Shown: positions 25,399 to 39,099 of the stretch, one piece after another | Position numbering within the stretch: the first letter of the stretch is position 1 | Layout of the letters: each line of letters opens with the position of its first letter | Origin: Eledone cirrhosa | Taxonomy: Eukaryota | Direction: 5' to 3' | Assembly: GCA_964016885.1 (NCBI GenBank) | Contig: OZ024756.1 | Location: 1 to 64,000 of the forward strand | DNA length: 64,000 bases | The notes under the pieces: generated by a model | The model's input: only the letters and a program-made list of their open reading frames with translations | Databases searched by the model: none | Told to the model about the DNA's origin: nothing | Made by a program: the position numbers and the translations under genes

Positions 25399-25731
25399 TG
25401 TATTGGAATTTCGTATTCCTAAAGAAATACGGTATGTTTATAAACATTTAGAAAGCTGTAGCACCACCAAGTGGGGTCCAGCAGAAGCAAGAGGGACAAT
25501 TTTCGATGCATTTCGAACTGAACTGGTTCTCATCAGGACGATACCTCCTGCTCTTTCAACTGTTCGACTTGAGAACCAGTTCAGTTCGAAATGCATCAAC
25601 AATTATCCCCCTTGCTTCTGCTGGACACCACTAGGTGACGATAGCCGCTAGTGTTTTTACATCACTATGGCTTTCTGAATGTTTATTTATAAACATACCA
25701 TATTTCTTTAGAAATACGAAATTCCAATACA
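25399..25731. repeat. Diverged long inverted repeat containing a hammerhead motif
   Basis: Arms TGTATTGGAATTTCGTATT..GAACTGAACTGGTTCTCA / TGAGAACCAGTTCAGTTCGAAA..AATACGAAATTCCAATACA. Confidence 0.9.
25499..25542 (-). ncRNA. Minimal type I hammerhead motif
   Basis: Minus strand ATCGTC-CTGATGA-GAAC-CAGTTCA-GTTC-GAAA-TGCA-TC-GAAAAT; stem I partly decayed. Confidence 0.62.
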
Positions 25732-25769
25732 TATCTGCATACTGGTATGCTCGAAGCTAAATTCTAATT

Positions 25770-26171
25770 CTATTATGTATATATATATATACATATACAC
25801 ACATACATGCAAACACAGATATATGCACACACACACACACACATATATATATGCACGCACTCACACACATACATACACACACACACACCTATATATATAT
25901 ATATATATGCACACTTACACACACACAAATATATATATACACACTTACACACACACATATATATATATATACATGTACACTTTCACACATATATATATAT
26001 ATATATATATACATACACTCTCACACGTATATATATATATATATATATACACATTTACACACATATATATACATGTACATGTACACTTACACACACATAT
26101 ATATATACACACTTACACACACACACACATATATATATATATACACACTCACACACATATAATGCACACTT

Positions 26172-26219
<48 letters not shown>

Positions 26220-26303
26220 TTACATATATATATATATACCCACACACACATATATATATATATATATACACTTACACACACACACATATATATATACACA
26301 CTT

Positions 26304-26339
<36 letters not shown>

Positions 26340-26477
26340 GTTTCAATAAAAATACATGTCCAATATTTCCCAGCAGATCTTAGCTAATATTCTGAGAAAC
26401 TACTTTGATTAATGACTGAAAACTGTTCAGAAATATTACGTGATTGAAATACTGTTTCATAACATTATGTATGTGTA

Positions 26478-26508
<31 letters not shown>

Positions 26509-26860
26509 ATGCTTGTAAATGTATGTGTGTTTGGGCGTACATGTGTATATTTGTACATGTGTGTGTGTGTATGTGTGTATATGTGTGTGTATGTGTGTAT
26601 GCTTGTAAATGTATGTGTGTTTGGGCATACATGTGTATATGTGTCTATGTGTGTGTGTATATGTGTGTGTATGCTTGTAAATGTATGTGTGTTTGGGCGT
26701 ACATGTGTATATGTGTGTGTGTATGTGTGTATGCTTGTAAATGTATGTGTGTTTGGGCGTACATGTGTATATGTGTGTGTGTATATGTGTGTGTATGTGT
26801 GTATGCTTGTAAATGTATGTGTGTTTGGGCGTACATGTGTATATGTGTGTGTGTGTGTTT
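25770..26860. repeat. TA/CA microsatellite mosaic and ~60-bp TG-rich minisatellite (26470-26860)
   Basis: ATGCTTGTAAATGTATGTGTGTTTGGGCGTACATGTG recurs 5 times. Confidence 0.9.
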
Positions 26861-26919
26861 ACAAAGCATTGGCAAGTTTCAAATTTCAAAATATAGTCGC
26901 CAAAATGCAAATAACTATA

Positions 26920-27055
26920 ATTGTTTCTATTTTTGGCACAAGGCCAGTAATTACCCAGTACATTACTGGTACTTTATTTTATCGATCCCGTAAGGATGAA
27001 AGGCGAAGTTAACCTCGGCGGGATTTGAACTCAGACCATAAAGGGACGTAACTAT
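26920..27055 (-). mobile_element. Meta-domain-type SINE
   Basis: Reverse complement of 31025-31160. Confidence 0.82.
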
Positions 27056-27218
27056 GCAAATAACTATAATATTAGCTGAACAAATTGGGTAAAGTAAGCT
27101 TGGAAATAAAACTAAAAGTGGACAGAGATGTGTGTGTGTATGTATGTAGGGACCCATAACTCCTGTTGGAGTTGTAACAGGTGTCATAGCAACATACAGC
27201 ATTTCTTGGGCATTTTAA

Positions 27219-28351
27219 CCGTTTAGTGTTCAAACCGGCCAGAATTCTCTACCTCTTTCTGTTGAAACTGGCTGTAACTGGTCACTCAAACTGATGTTAG
27301 GGTATTGTTCTCAAAATAAATACTTTCAAAATCTCATAGAGTCGATATTATGTGAGGTAAAGCCTTTATCATGAAAATACAATAGTATATATAGAGTAAT
27401 GTAAATGTTATGTGAGATATTATGTGAGGTAAAGCCTTTACCATGAAAATATAATAGTATATATAGAGTAATATAAATGTTATGTGGGATATTATGTGAG
27501 GTAAAGCCTTTACTGTGATAATACAATAGTATATATAGAGTAATGTGAATGTTATGTGAGATATTATGTGAGGTAAAGCCTTTACCATGAAAATATAATA
27601 GTATATATAGAGTAATATAAATGTTATGTGGGATATTATGTGAGGTAAAGCCTTTACTGTGATAATACAATAGTATATATAGAGTAATGTGAATGTTATG
27701 TGAGATATTATGTGAGGTAAAGCCTTTACCATGAAAATATAATAGTATATATAGAGTAATATAAATGTTATGTGGGATATTATGTGAGGTAAAGCCTTTA
27801 CTGTGATAATACAATAGTATATATAGAGTAATGTGAATGTTATGTGAGATATTATGTGAGGTAAAGCCTTTACCATGAAAATATAATAGTATATATAGAG
27901 TAATATAAATGTTATGTGGGATATTATGTGAGGTAAAGCCTTTACCATGAAAATATAATAGTATATATAGAGTAATGTAAATGTTATGTGGGATATTATG
28001 TGAGGTAAAGCCTATATCATGAAAATATAATAGTATATATAGAGTAATATAAATGTTATGTGGGATATTATGTGAGGTAAAGCCTTTACCATGAAAATAT
28101 AATAGTATATATAGAGTAATGTAAATGTTATGTGGGATATTATGTGAGGTAAAGCCTATATCATGAAAATATAATAGTATATATAGAGTAATGTAAATGT
28201 TATGCGAGATATTATGTGAGGTAAAGCCTATATCATGAAAATATAATAGTATATATAGAGTAATGTAAATGTTATGCGAGATATTATGTGAGGTAAAGCC
28301 TATATCATGAAAATATAATAGTATATATAGAGTAATGTAAATGCTAAAGGG
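27219..28351. mobile_element. TTAA-flanked piggyBac-like MITE expanded by an internal minisatellite
   Basis: TTAA|CCGTTTAGTGTT ... AATGCTAAAGGG|TTAA: imperfect TIRs with TTAA on both sides. Confidence 0.65.
27345..28342. repeat. Minisatellite, 74-bp unit (~13 copies) with alternating A/B 148-bp dimers
   Basis: GATATTATGTGAGGTAAAGCC recurs every 74 bp; CCATGAAA and CTGTGATA variants alternate. Confidence 0.96.
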
Positions 28352-28626
28352 TTAAACATGGCAGAGCGTAGCCCCTCTTGAGGTCTGGAGAGAGAGAATG
28401 AGACGGAGACAGAGAGAGCAAGAGGGAATGATATATATACAGAGAGAGAGAGGAATAATTGACTCCCCACCCAACTGCAGGTGTGGTAAGTTCATTCCCT
28501 ACACCAAATGGAGGAAAGGCAGAGTCAATCTAGCTGGGATTTTAACTCAAAGCAGAAACTCTGGAGTGAAAACTGTTAAATCATTCTGATGTTCTAACAA
28601 TTCTACCAATTAACACCGCCTAACAG

Positions 28627-28671
<45 letters not shown>

Positions 28672-28696
28672 CACCTAACATATGTATATATACACA

Positions 28697-29030
28697 GGGA
28701 GGCACATGGCTTAGTGGTTAGAGCATTAGCCTTGCAATCAAAATGTTGTGAGTTCAATTCTCAGACCGGGTGATGTGTTGTTTCCTTGAGCAAGACACTT
28801 TATTTCACATTGCTTCAGTTTACTCAGCTGTAGAAATGAGATGATAGCACTGGGGTCCCTATCATTCCACTGCAAAGTGGTCGTGTAGGTGCCACGGCAA
28901 AAAAGCACCCAGCACTCACTGTAAATGAGGTTGGTGTTAGGAAAGGCATCCAGCTGTAGAAATCAAGCCAGAATTCAGTTCCCGTCCCACCCTTGCAAGC
29001 AGGGAAAAGTGGACGTAAAATGATGATGAT
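28697..29030 (+). mobile_element. CORE-type SINE with RTE tail
   Basis: Near-identical to the reverse complement of 13591-13930. Confidence 0.85.
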
Positions 29031-29042
29031 ATATATATATAT

Positions 29043-29284
29043 GTACACCATACACCACCTAACAGATATATATATACACCATACACTACCTAACAGATAT
29101 ATATATACACCATACACCACCTAACAGATATATATATACACCATACACCACCTAACAGATATATATATATACACCACCTAACAGATATATATATATACAC
29201 CATACACTACCTAACAGATATATATATATATATATATATACACCACCTAACAGATATATATATATACACCATACACCACCTAAC

Positions 29285-29340
<56 letters not shown>

Positions 29341-30424
29341 CACCTAACAGATATATATATATACACCATACACCACCTAACAGATATATATATATATATA
29401 TATATACACCACCTAACAGATATATATATATACACACCATACACCACCTAACAGATATATATATATACACCATACACCACCTAACAGATATATATATATA
29501 CACCATACACCACCTAACAGATATATATATATATATACACCATACACCACCTAACATATATATATATATACACCATACACTACCTAACAGATATATATAT
29601 ACACCATACACTACCTAACAGATATATATATACACCATACACCACCTAACAGATATATATATATACACCATACACCACCTAACAGATATATATATACACC
29701 ATACACTACCTAACAGATATATATATATACACCATACACCACCTAACAGATATATATATATATACACCATACACCACCTAACATATATATATATACACCA
29801 TACACCACCTAACAGATATATATATATATACACCATACACCACCTAACATATATATATATACACCATACACCACCTAACAGATATATATATATATACACC
29901 ATACACTACCTAACAGATATATATATATACACCATACACCACCTAACAGATATATATATATATACACCATACACCACCTAACATATATATATATACACCA
30001 TACACCACCTAACAGATATATATATATATACACCATACACTACCTAACAGATATATATATATACACCATACACCACCTAACAGATATATATATATATACA
30101 CCATACACCACCTAACATATATATATATACACCATACACCACCTAACAGATATATATATATATATACACCATACACCACCTAACAGATATATATATATAT
30201 ACACCATACACCACCTAACAGATATATATATATATATATATATATACACCACCTAACAGATATATATATATACACCATACACCACCTAACAGATATATAT
30301 ATATATATATATACACCACCTAACAGATATATATATATACACACCATACACCACCTAACAGATATATATATACACTATACATCACCAAAGAGATGTATAT
30401 ATAGACACCATACACTGCCAAAGA

Positions 30425-30465
<41 letters not shown>

Positions 30466-30660
30466 CATACACCACAAAAGAGATGTATATATATATATAC
30501 ACACACCACACAACACCAAGGAGATGTATATATATACACACCATACAACACCAAACAGATGTATATATATACATACACACCATACACTGCCAAACAGATG
30601 TATATATATACACACCATACAGATGTATATATATACACACCATACACTGCCAAACAGATA
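29043..30660. repeat. Minisatellite CACCATACACCACCTAACAG + (AT)n of variable length
   Basis: Direct inspection. Confidence 0.95.
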
Positions 30661-30974
30661 TATATATATCATCATCATCATCATCGTTTAACGGCCATCT
30701 TCCACGATATATATACACACACACACACACCATCAAGGTTAGCTTTGCCTTTTATCCTTACAGGATCGATAAAATAAAGTACCAGTAAGAGACTGGTTCA
30801 AATTGACTTTCCCCTTCCCCAAATTGCTGGTCTTGTGCCTCAACCAGAACCCCTTATGTCAGAAGCTGCTTTACTGATCTTCAGATTCTCCTCTCCAGCA
30901 CAACAACATTCCTAAAGCCATAATTATCAGCAAAGTTTTAAACACTGCTTCATTTTACAGCTAAACCATCTTTG

Positions 30975-31160
30975 GGGCCATTATGGAACGGTTAGAGAGT
31001 CGGACGCCATGCTGTCCAGCGTAGTTACGTCCCTTTACGGTCTGAGTTCAAATCCTGCCGAGGTTAACTTTGCCTTTCATCCTTACGGGGTCGATAAAAT
31101 AAAGTACCAGTAATGCACTGGGTAATTGCTGGCCTTGTGCCTAAAGTAGAAACAATTATG
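30975..31160 (+). mobile_element. Meta-domain-type tRNA-derived SINE (partial second copy at 30735-30850)
   Basis: B box GAGTTCAAATCC, then GCCGAGGTTAACTTTGCCTTTCATCCTTACGGGGTCGATAAAATAAAGTACCAG, resembling the Meta/Sauria central domain. Confidence 0.82.
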
Positions 31161-31224
31161 GAAGAATGGCAACTTTGATCCAGCTTAGAATGGAATAATC
31201 AAAAGCAGGGTATAAAATGGAATA

Positions 31225-31640
31225 CTGATGGTGATGGTGCTGATGCTGATAGTGGTGATGGTACTAATGATGGTGGTGTTGGTGGTGCTGATGATGGTGG
31301 TGCTGATGATGATGGTGCTAATGATGGTGGTGCTGATGGTGATGATGGTGGTCGTGGTGTTGGTGGTGCTGATGATGGTGGTGGTGGTGGTGATGATGGT
31401 GGTGGTGTTGTTGGTGGTGCTGATAGTGATGGTGGTGGTGATGGTGATGATGGTGGTGGTGATGGTGATGATGGTGGTGTTGCTGGTGATGGTGGGGTTG
31501 GTGATGATGGTGGTGTTGGTGATGATAGTGGTGTTGGTGGTGATGACGGTAGTGGTGATGACAGTAGTGCTCATGATGGTGGTGTTGGTGGTGATGCCAA
31601 TGGTGGTTGTGTTGGTGGTGCTGATGCTGATGGTAGTAGT
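31225..31640. repeat. (TGG/TGA)n trinucleotide low-complexity tract
   Basis: Direct inspection. Confidence 0.93.
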
Positions 31641-31937
31641 AGCAGAGAGTCAGAGAGAGAGAAAGAGGGGAGGAAGAAACTCACCCCGCCCAGGGTTTGA
31701 ACACCAGAGTGCAGAGCTCTATGAAACACAGGAAAGCAACCTGTGTGATTCTCTCACAATTCCACCAATCCCACCACCCCTGGCCGATGGCAATGAAAGG
31801 CAGAGTTGACCAGCGATTTGAACTGAATAGAGCAGAGCTGGTTGACACATGACACAACAACCTGTCCTGAAAACTCTAACAACTGGATGATGGAAGAAAG
31901 GTAAAGTTGACCTCGATGACGATTTGACCAGAGAAGG

Positions 31938-34900
31938 CTCTAACAACACTACCAACTCACCATCTAGTGCCAGAAATACTGTACTACACTAACAACTGTA
32001 CCAACTCACCATCTAGTGCCAGAAATACTGTACTACACTAACAACTGTACCAACTCACCATCTAGTGCCAGAAATACTGTACTACACTAACAACTGTACC
32101 AACTCACCATCTAGTGCCAGAAATACTGTACTACACTAACAACTGTACCAACTCACCATCTAGTGCCAGAAATACTGTACTACACTAACAGCTGTACCAT
32201 CTCACCAGCTAGTGCCAGAAATACTGTACTACACTAACAACTGTACCATCTCACCAGCTAGTGCCAGAAATACTGTACTACACTAACAACTGTACCAACT
32301 CACCATCTAGTGCCAGAAATACTGTACTACACTAACAACTGTACCAACTCACCATCTAGTGCCAGAAATACTATACTACACTAACAGCTGTACCAACTCA
32401 CCATCTAGTGCCAGAAATACTGTACTACACTAACAGCTGTACCATCTCACCATCTAGTGCCAGAAATACTGTACTACACTAACAACTGTACCAACTCACC
32501 AGCTAGTGCCAGAAATACTGTACTACACTAACAACTGTACCAACTCACCATCTAGTGCCAGAAATACTGTACTACACTAACAACTGTACCAACTCACCAT
32601 CTAGTGCCAGAAATACTGTACTACACTAAAAACACTACCAACTCACCATCTAGTGCCAGAAATGCTGTACTACACTAAAAACACTACCAACTCACCATCT
32701 AGTGCCAGAAATACTATACTACACTAACAACTGTACCAACTCACCATCTAGTGCCAGAAATACTATACTACACTAACAACTGTACCATCTCACCATCTAG
32801 TGCCAGAAATACTGTACTACACTAAAAACACTACCAACTCACCATCTAGTGCCAGAAATACTGTACTACACTAAAAACACTACCAACTCACCATCTAGTG
32901 CCAGAAATACTATACTACACTAACAGCTGTACCAACTCACCATCTAGTGCCAGAAATACTGTACTACACTAACAGCTGTACCATCTCACCATCTAGTGCC
33001 AGAAATACTGTACTACACTAACAACTGTACCAACTCACCAGCTAGTGCCAGAAATACTGTACTACACTAACAGCTGTACCATCTCACCAGCTAGTGCCAG
33101 AAATACTGTACTACACTAACAACTGTACCATCTCACCAGCTAGTGCCAGAAATACTGTACTACACTAACAACTGTACCAACTCACCATCTAGTGCCAGAA
33201 ATACTGTACTACACTAACAACTGTACCAACTCACCATCTAGTGCCAGAAATACTATACTACACTAACAGCTGTACCAACTCACCATCTAGTGCCAGAAAT
33301 ACTGTACTACACTAACAGCTGTACCATCTCACCATCTAGTGCCAGAAATACTGTACTACACTAACAACTGTACCAACTCACCAGCTAGTGCCAGAAATAC
33401 TGTACTACACTAACAACTGTACCAACTCACCATCTAGTGCCAGAAATACTGTACTACACTAACAACTGTACCAACTCACCATCTAGTGCCAGAAATACTG
33501 TACTACACTAAAAACACTACCAACTCACCATCTAGTGCCAGAAATGCTGTACTACACTAAAAACACTACCAACTCACCATCTAGTGCCAGAAATACTATA
33601 CTACACTAACAACTGTACCAACTCACCATCTAGTGCCAGAAATACTATACTACACTAACAACTGTACCATCTCACCATCTAGTGCCAGAAATACTGTACT
33701 ACACTAAAAACACTACCAACTCACCATCTAGTGCCAGAAATACTGTACTACACTAAAAACACTACCAACTCACCATCTAGTGCCAGAAATACTATACTAC
33801 ACTAACAACTGTACCAACTCACCATCTAGTGCCAGAAATACTATACTACACTAACAACTGTACCATCTCACCATCTAGTGCCAGAAATACTGTACTACAC
33901 TAAAAACACTACCAACTCACCATCTAGTGCCAGAAATACTATACTACACTAACAACTGTACCATCTCACCAGCTAGTGCCAGAAATACTGTACTACACTA
34001 ACAACTGTACCAACTCACCATCTAGTGCCAGAAATACTGTACTACACTAACAACTGTACCAACTCACCATCTAGTGCCAGAAATACTGTACTACACTCTA
34101 ACAACTGTACCAACTCACCATCTAGTGCCAGAAATACTGTACTACACTAACAACTGTACCAACTCACCATCTAGTGCCAGAAATACTGTACTACACTAAA
34201 AACTGTACCAACTCACCATCTAGTGCCAGAAATACTGTACTACACTAAAAACACTACCAACTCACCATCTAGTGCCAGAAATACTATACTACACTAACAA
34301 CTGTACCATCTCACCATCTAGTGCCAGAAATACTGTACTACACTAACAACTGTACCAACTCACCATCTAGTGCCAGAAATACTGTACTACACTAAAAACA
34401 CTACCAACTCACCATCTAGTGCCAGAAATACTATACTACACTAACAACTGTACCAACTCACCATCTAGTGCCAGAAATACTATACTACACTAACAACTGT
34501 ACCAACTCACCATCTAGTGCCAGAAATACTGTACTACACTAACAGCTGTACCAACTCACCATCTAGTGCCAGAAATACTATACTACACTAACAGCTGTAC
34601 CATCTCACCATCTAGTGCCAGAAATACTGTACTACACTAACAGCTGTACCAACTCACCATCTAGTGCCAGAAATACTGTACTACACTAACAACTGTACCA
34701 ACTCACCATCTAGTGCCAGAAATACTATACTACACTAACAACTGTACCAACTCACCATCTAGTGCCAGAAATACTGTACTACACTAACAGCTGTACCAAC
34801 TCACCATCTAGTGCCAGAAATACTATACTACACTAACAACTGTACCAACTCACCATCTAGTGCCAGAAATACTGTACTACACTAACAACTGTACCAACTC

Positions 34901-37900
34901 ACCATCTAGTGCCAGAAATACTGTACTACACTAACAGCTGTACCATCTCACCATCTAGTGCCAGAAATACTGTACTACACTAACAACTGTACCATCTCAC
35001 CAGCTAGTGCCAGAAATACTGTACGACACTAAAAACACTACCAACTCACCATCTAGTGCCAGAAATACTATACTACACTAACAACACTAGCAACTCACCA
35101 TCTAGTGCCAGAAATACTGTACTACACTAACAACTGTACCAACTCACCATCTAGTGCCAGAAATACTGTACTACACTAACAACTGTACCAACTCACCATC
35201 TAGTGCCAGAAATACTGTACTACACTAACAACTGTACCAACTCACCATCTAGTGCCAGAAATACTGTACTACACTAACAACTGCACCATCTCACCATCTA
35301 GTGCCAGAAATACTGTACTACACTAACAACTGTACCATCTCACCATCTAGTGCCAGAAATACTGTACTACACTAACAACTGTACCATCTCACCATCTAGT
35401 GCCAGAAATACTGTACTACACTAAAAACACTACCAACTCACCATCTAGTGCCAGAAATACTATACTACACTAACAACTGTACCATCTCACCATCTAGTGC
35501 CAGAAATACTGTACTACACTAACAACTGTACCAACTCACCATCTAGTGCCAGAAATACTGTACTACACTAACAACTGTACCAACTCACCATCTAGTGCCA
35601 GAAATACTGTACTACACTAACAGCTGTACCATCTCACCATCTAGTGCCAGAAATACTGTACTACACTAACAACTGTACCAACTCACCATCTAGTGCCAGA
35701 AATACTGTACTACACTAACAACTGTACCAACTCACCATCTAGTGCCAGAAATACTGTACTACACTAACAGCTGTACCAACTCACCAGCTAGTGCCAGAAA
35801 TACTGTACTACACTAACAGCTGTACCATCTCACCATCTAGTGCCAGAAATACTGTACTACACTAACAACTGTACCAACTCACCATCTAGTGCCAGAAATA
35901 CTGTACTACACTAACAACTGTACCAACTCACCATCTAGTGCCAGAAATACTGTACTACACTAACAGCTGTACCAACTCACCAGCTAGTGCCAGAAATACT
36001 GTACTACACTAACAGCTGTACCAACTCACCATCTAGTGCCAGAAATACTGTACTACACTAACAACTGTACCAACTCACCATCTAGTGCCAGAAATACTGT
36101 ACTACACTAACAGCTGTACCATCTCACCATCTAGTGCCAGAAATACTGTACTACACTAACAACTGTACCAACTCACCATCTAGTGCCAGAAATACTGTAC
36201 TACACTAACAACTGTACCATCTCACCATCTAGTGCCAGAAATACTGTACTACACTAACAGCTGTACCATCTCACCATCTAGTGCCAGAAATACTGTACTA
36301 CACTAACAACTGTACCAACTCACCATCTAGTGCCAGAAATACTGTACTACACTAACAACTGTACCAACTCACCATCTAGTGCCAGAAATACTGTACTACA
36401 CTAACAGCTGTACCATCTCACCATCTAGTGCCAGAAATACTGTACTACACTAACAACTGTACCAACTCACCATCTAGTGCCAGAAATACTGTACTACACT
36501 AACAGCTGTACCATCTCACCAGCTAGTGCCAGAAATACTGTACTACACTAACAACTGTACCAACTCACCATCTAGTGCCAGAAATACTGTACTACACTAA
36601 CAGCTGTACCAACTCACCATCTAGTGCCAGAAATACTGTACTACACTAACAACTGTACCAACTCACTATCTAGTGCCAGAAATACTATACTACACTAACA
36701 ACTGTACCATCTCACCAGCTAGTGCCAGAAATACTGTACTACACTAACAACTGTACCAACTCACCATCTAGTGCCAGAAATACTATACTACACTAACAAC
36801 TGTACCATCTCACCAGCTAGAGCCAGAAATACTGTACTACACTAACAACTGTACCATCTCACCAGCTAGTGCCAGAAATACTATACTACACTAACAACTG
36901 TACCATCTCACCAGCTGGTGCCAGAAATACTATACTACACTAACAACTGTACCATCTCACCAGCTAGTGCCAGAAATACTGTACTACACTAACAACTGTA
37001 CCATCTCACCAGCTGGTGCCAGAAATACTATACTACACTAACAACTGTACCATCTCACCAGCTGGTGCCAGAAATACTATACTACACTAACAACTGTACC
37101 ATCTCACCATTTAGTGCCAGAAATACTGTACTACACTCTAACAACTGTACCATCTCACCATCTAGTGCCAGAAATACTGTACTACACTAACAACTGTAAC
37201 ATCTCACCACCTAGTGCCAGAAATACTGTACTACACTCTAACAACACTACCATCTCACCATCTTGTGCCAGAAATACTGTACTACACTCTAACAACACCA
37301 TCTAGTGCCAGAAATATTGTACAACACTCTAACAACACTGGCATCTAGTGCCAGAAATACTGTACTACACTAACAACACTGCCATCTGACCATCTAGTGC
37401 CAGAAATACTGTACTACACTCTAACAACACTACCATCTAGTGCCAGAAATACTGTACTACATTCTAACAACACTACCATCTGATGCCAGAAATATTGTAC
37501 TACACTCTAACAACACTGCCATCTAGTGCCAGAAATACTGTACTACACTCTAACAACACTACCATCTAGTGCCAGAAATACTGTACTACACTCTAACAAC
37601 ACTACCATCTAGTGCCAGAAATACTGTACTACACTCTAACAACACTACCATCTTGTGCCAGAAATACTGTACTACACTCTAACAACACTACCATCTAGTG
37701 CCAGAAATACTGTACTACACTCTAACAACACTACCATCTAGTGCCAGAAATACTGTACTACACTCTAACAACACTACCATCTTGTGCCAGAAATACTGTA
37801 CTACACTCTAACAACACTACCATCTTGTGCCAGAAATACTGTACTATACTCTAACAACACTACCATCTAGTGCCAGAAATACTGTACTACACTCTAACAA

Positions 37901-38025
37901 CACTACCATCTAGTGCCAGAAATACTGTACTACACTCTAACAACACTACCATCTAGTGCCAGAAATACTGTACTACACTCTAACAACACTACCATCTTGT
38001 GCCAGAAATACTGTACTACACTCTA
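31938..38025. repeat. Minisatellite, 49-bp unit switching to a 43-bp unit near 37300, ~125 copies
   Basis: ACCAACTCACCATCTAGTGCCAGAAATACTGTACTACACTAACAACTGT, then CTAACAACACTACCATCTAGTGCCAGAAATACTGTACTACACT. Confidence 0.98.
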
Positions 38026-38459
38026 CCATATCACCATGTAGCACTGTAGAAATATATGAAGGACCGCTATCATCATCATCACTGTTTAACGTCCATGTTT
38101 CCACACTGGCATGGGTTAGACGAGTTATCCTGTTGTGAGCAATGCCAGGTGACCATGTCTTGCTCATACAGAACCGTTTTCTGTAAATCTATTATATCAC
38201 ATCATGTATTGAGAGATAAAGTTAAACTGGATGATAAAATACAATATAATAAACACCACCCCACCTAACATCACTTCACCCCTCCACACGAACTCATCTT
38301 CCCCTCCACCTCAAACCACCCTACATCACACCCCCCCCATCCCCAACACCAGTTATTTTCAGATACTCAGGGTGTTTTATCTACAAAATGGTTTACATTC
38401 TGATGACAGCTTTGGCTTTAAAACGAAGCAATTGCAAACAGCACACACAGTCTCGAGCC

Positions 38460-38704
38460 CGGCGGATCATCAGGCTGATACTTAGCCCAGGTTCCATGGT
38501 GTGAAGTGGCTGAGAGTACAACACTCACTCCTGGACAGGACACCAGTCCATCGCTATTGCTGGTACACATTTCCCGCTGAATATACTGGAGCAACATGAA
38601 ATGAAGTGTCTTGCTCAAGAACACAACACATAACCCAGTCCTGGAATCAAACCCATGACATTATGGTCGTAAGTCCAACACCCTTATCATAAGGCTATGC
38701 ACCT

Positions 38705-38706
<2 letters not shown>
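38460..38706 (-). mobile_element. Older CORE-type SINE with a different tail
   Basis: CTGGAGCAACATGAAATGAAGTGTCTTGCTCAAGAACACAAC matches the CORE block of 13800-13855; decayed tRNA-like head. Confidence 0.7.
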
Positions 38707-38736
<30 letters not shown>

Positions 38737-38828
38737 CACACACACAAAGTAAACAGAAAGAACAAAGCAAACAACACAGTACAACAAAGAAATATATTAG
38801 TTCAATTCTTAAAATAACAGGAAAAGAG

Positions 38829-38864
38829 TTTTTACATTTCGGACACTAGTCCTTCATCAGAAGA
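38829..38864 (-). ncRNA. Minimal hammerhead core in Penelope-like pLTR relic (38745-38920)
   Basis: Minus strand TCTT-CTGATGA-A-GGAC-TAGT-GTCC-GAAA-TG-TA; stem I weak. Confidence 0.55.
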
Positions 38865-39099
38865 TAGAATGAAGAATAAAAGAATAGAAATATAGAGAGT
38901 GAGAGGAAGAAAAGTGGAAAATTATTTGAAAACCACTGACAGTGTCTTTCATTACAAATGTGGTAGTGGAAGGGTTAACCCATACATAATGGAGTCACAG
39001 ACCTGACGTAGAGAGACAATAGGAAAACTTAGAAGTTGAAAAATACTTAATAGTAACCATGTATAGAATATGGGGAGAGATACATGTAGGTTTATATTA

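Noticed and set aside
38400-38435. CTGATGA-CAGC-TTTG-GCTT-TAAAAC as a hammerhead (also CTGATGA at 62691+ and ~62101-)
   Set aside because: No GAAA and no convincing stem I.
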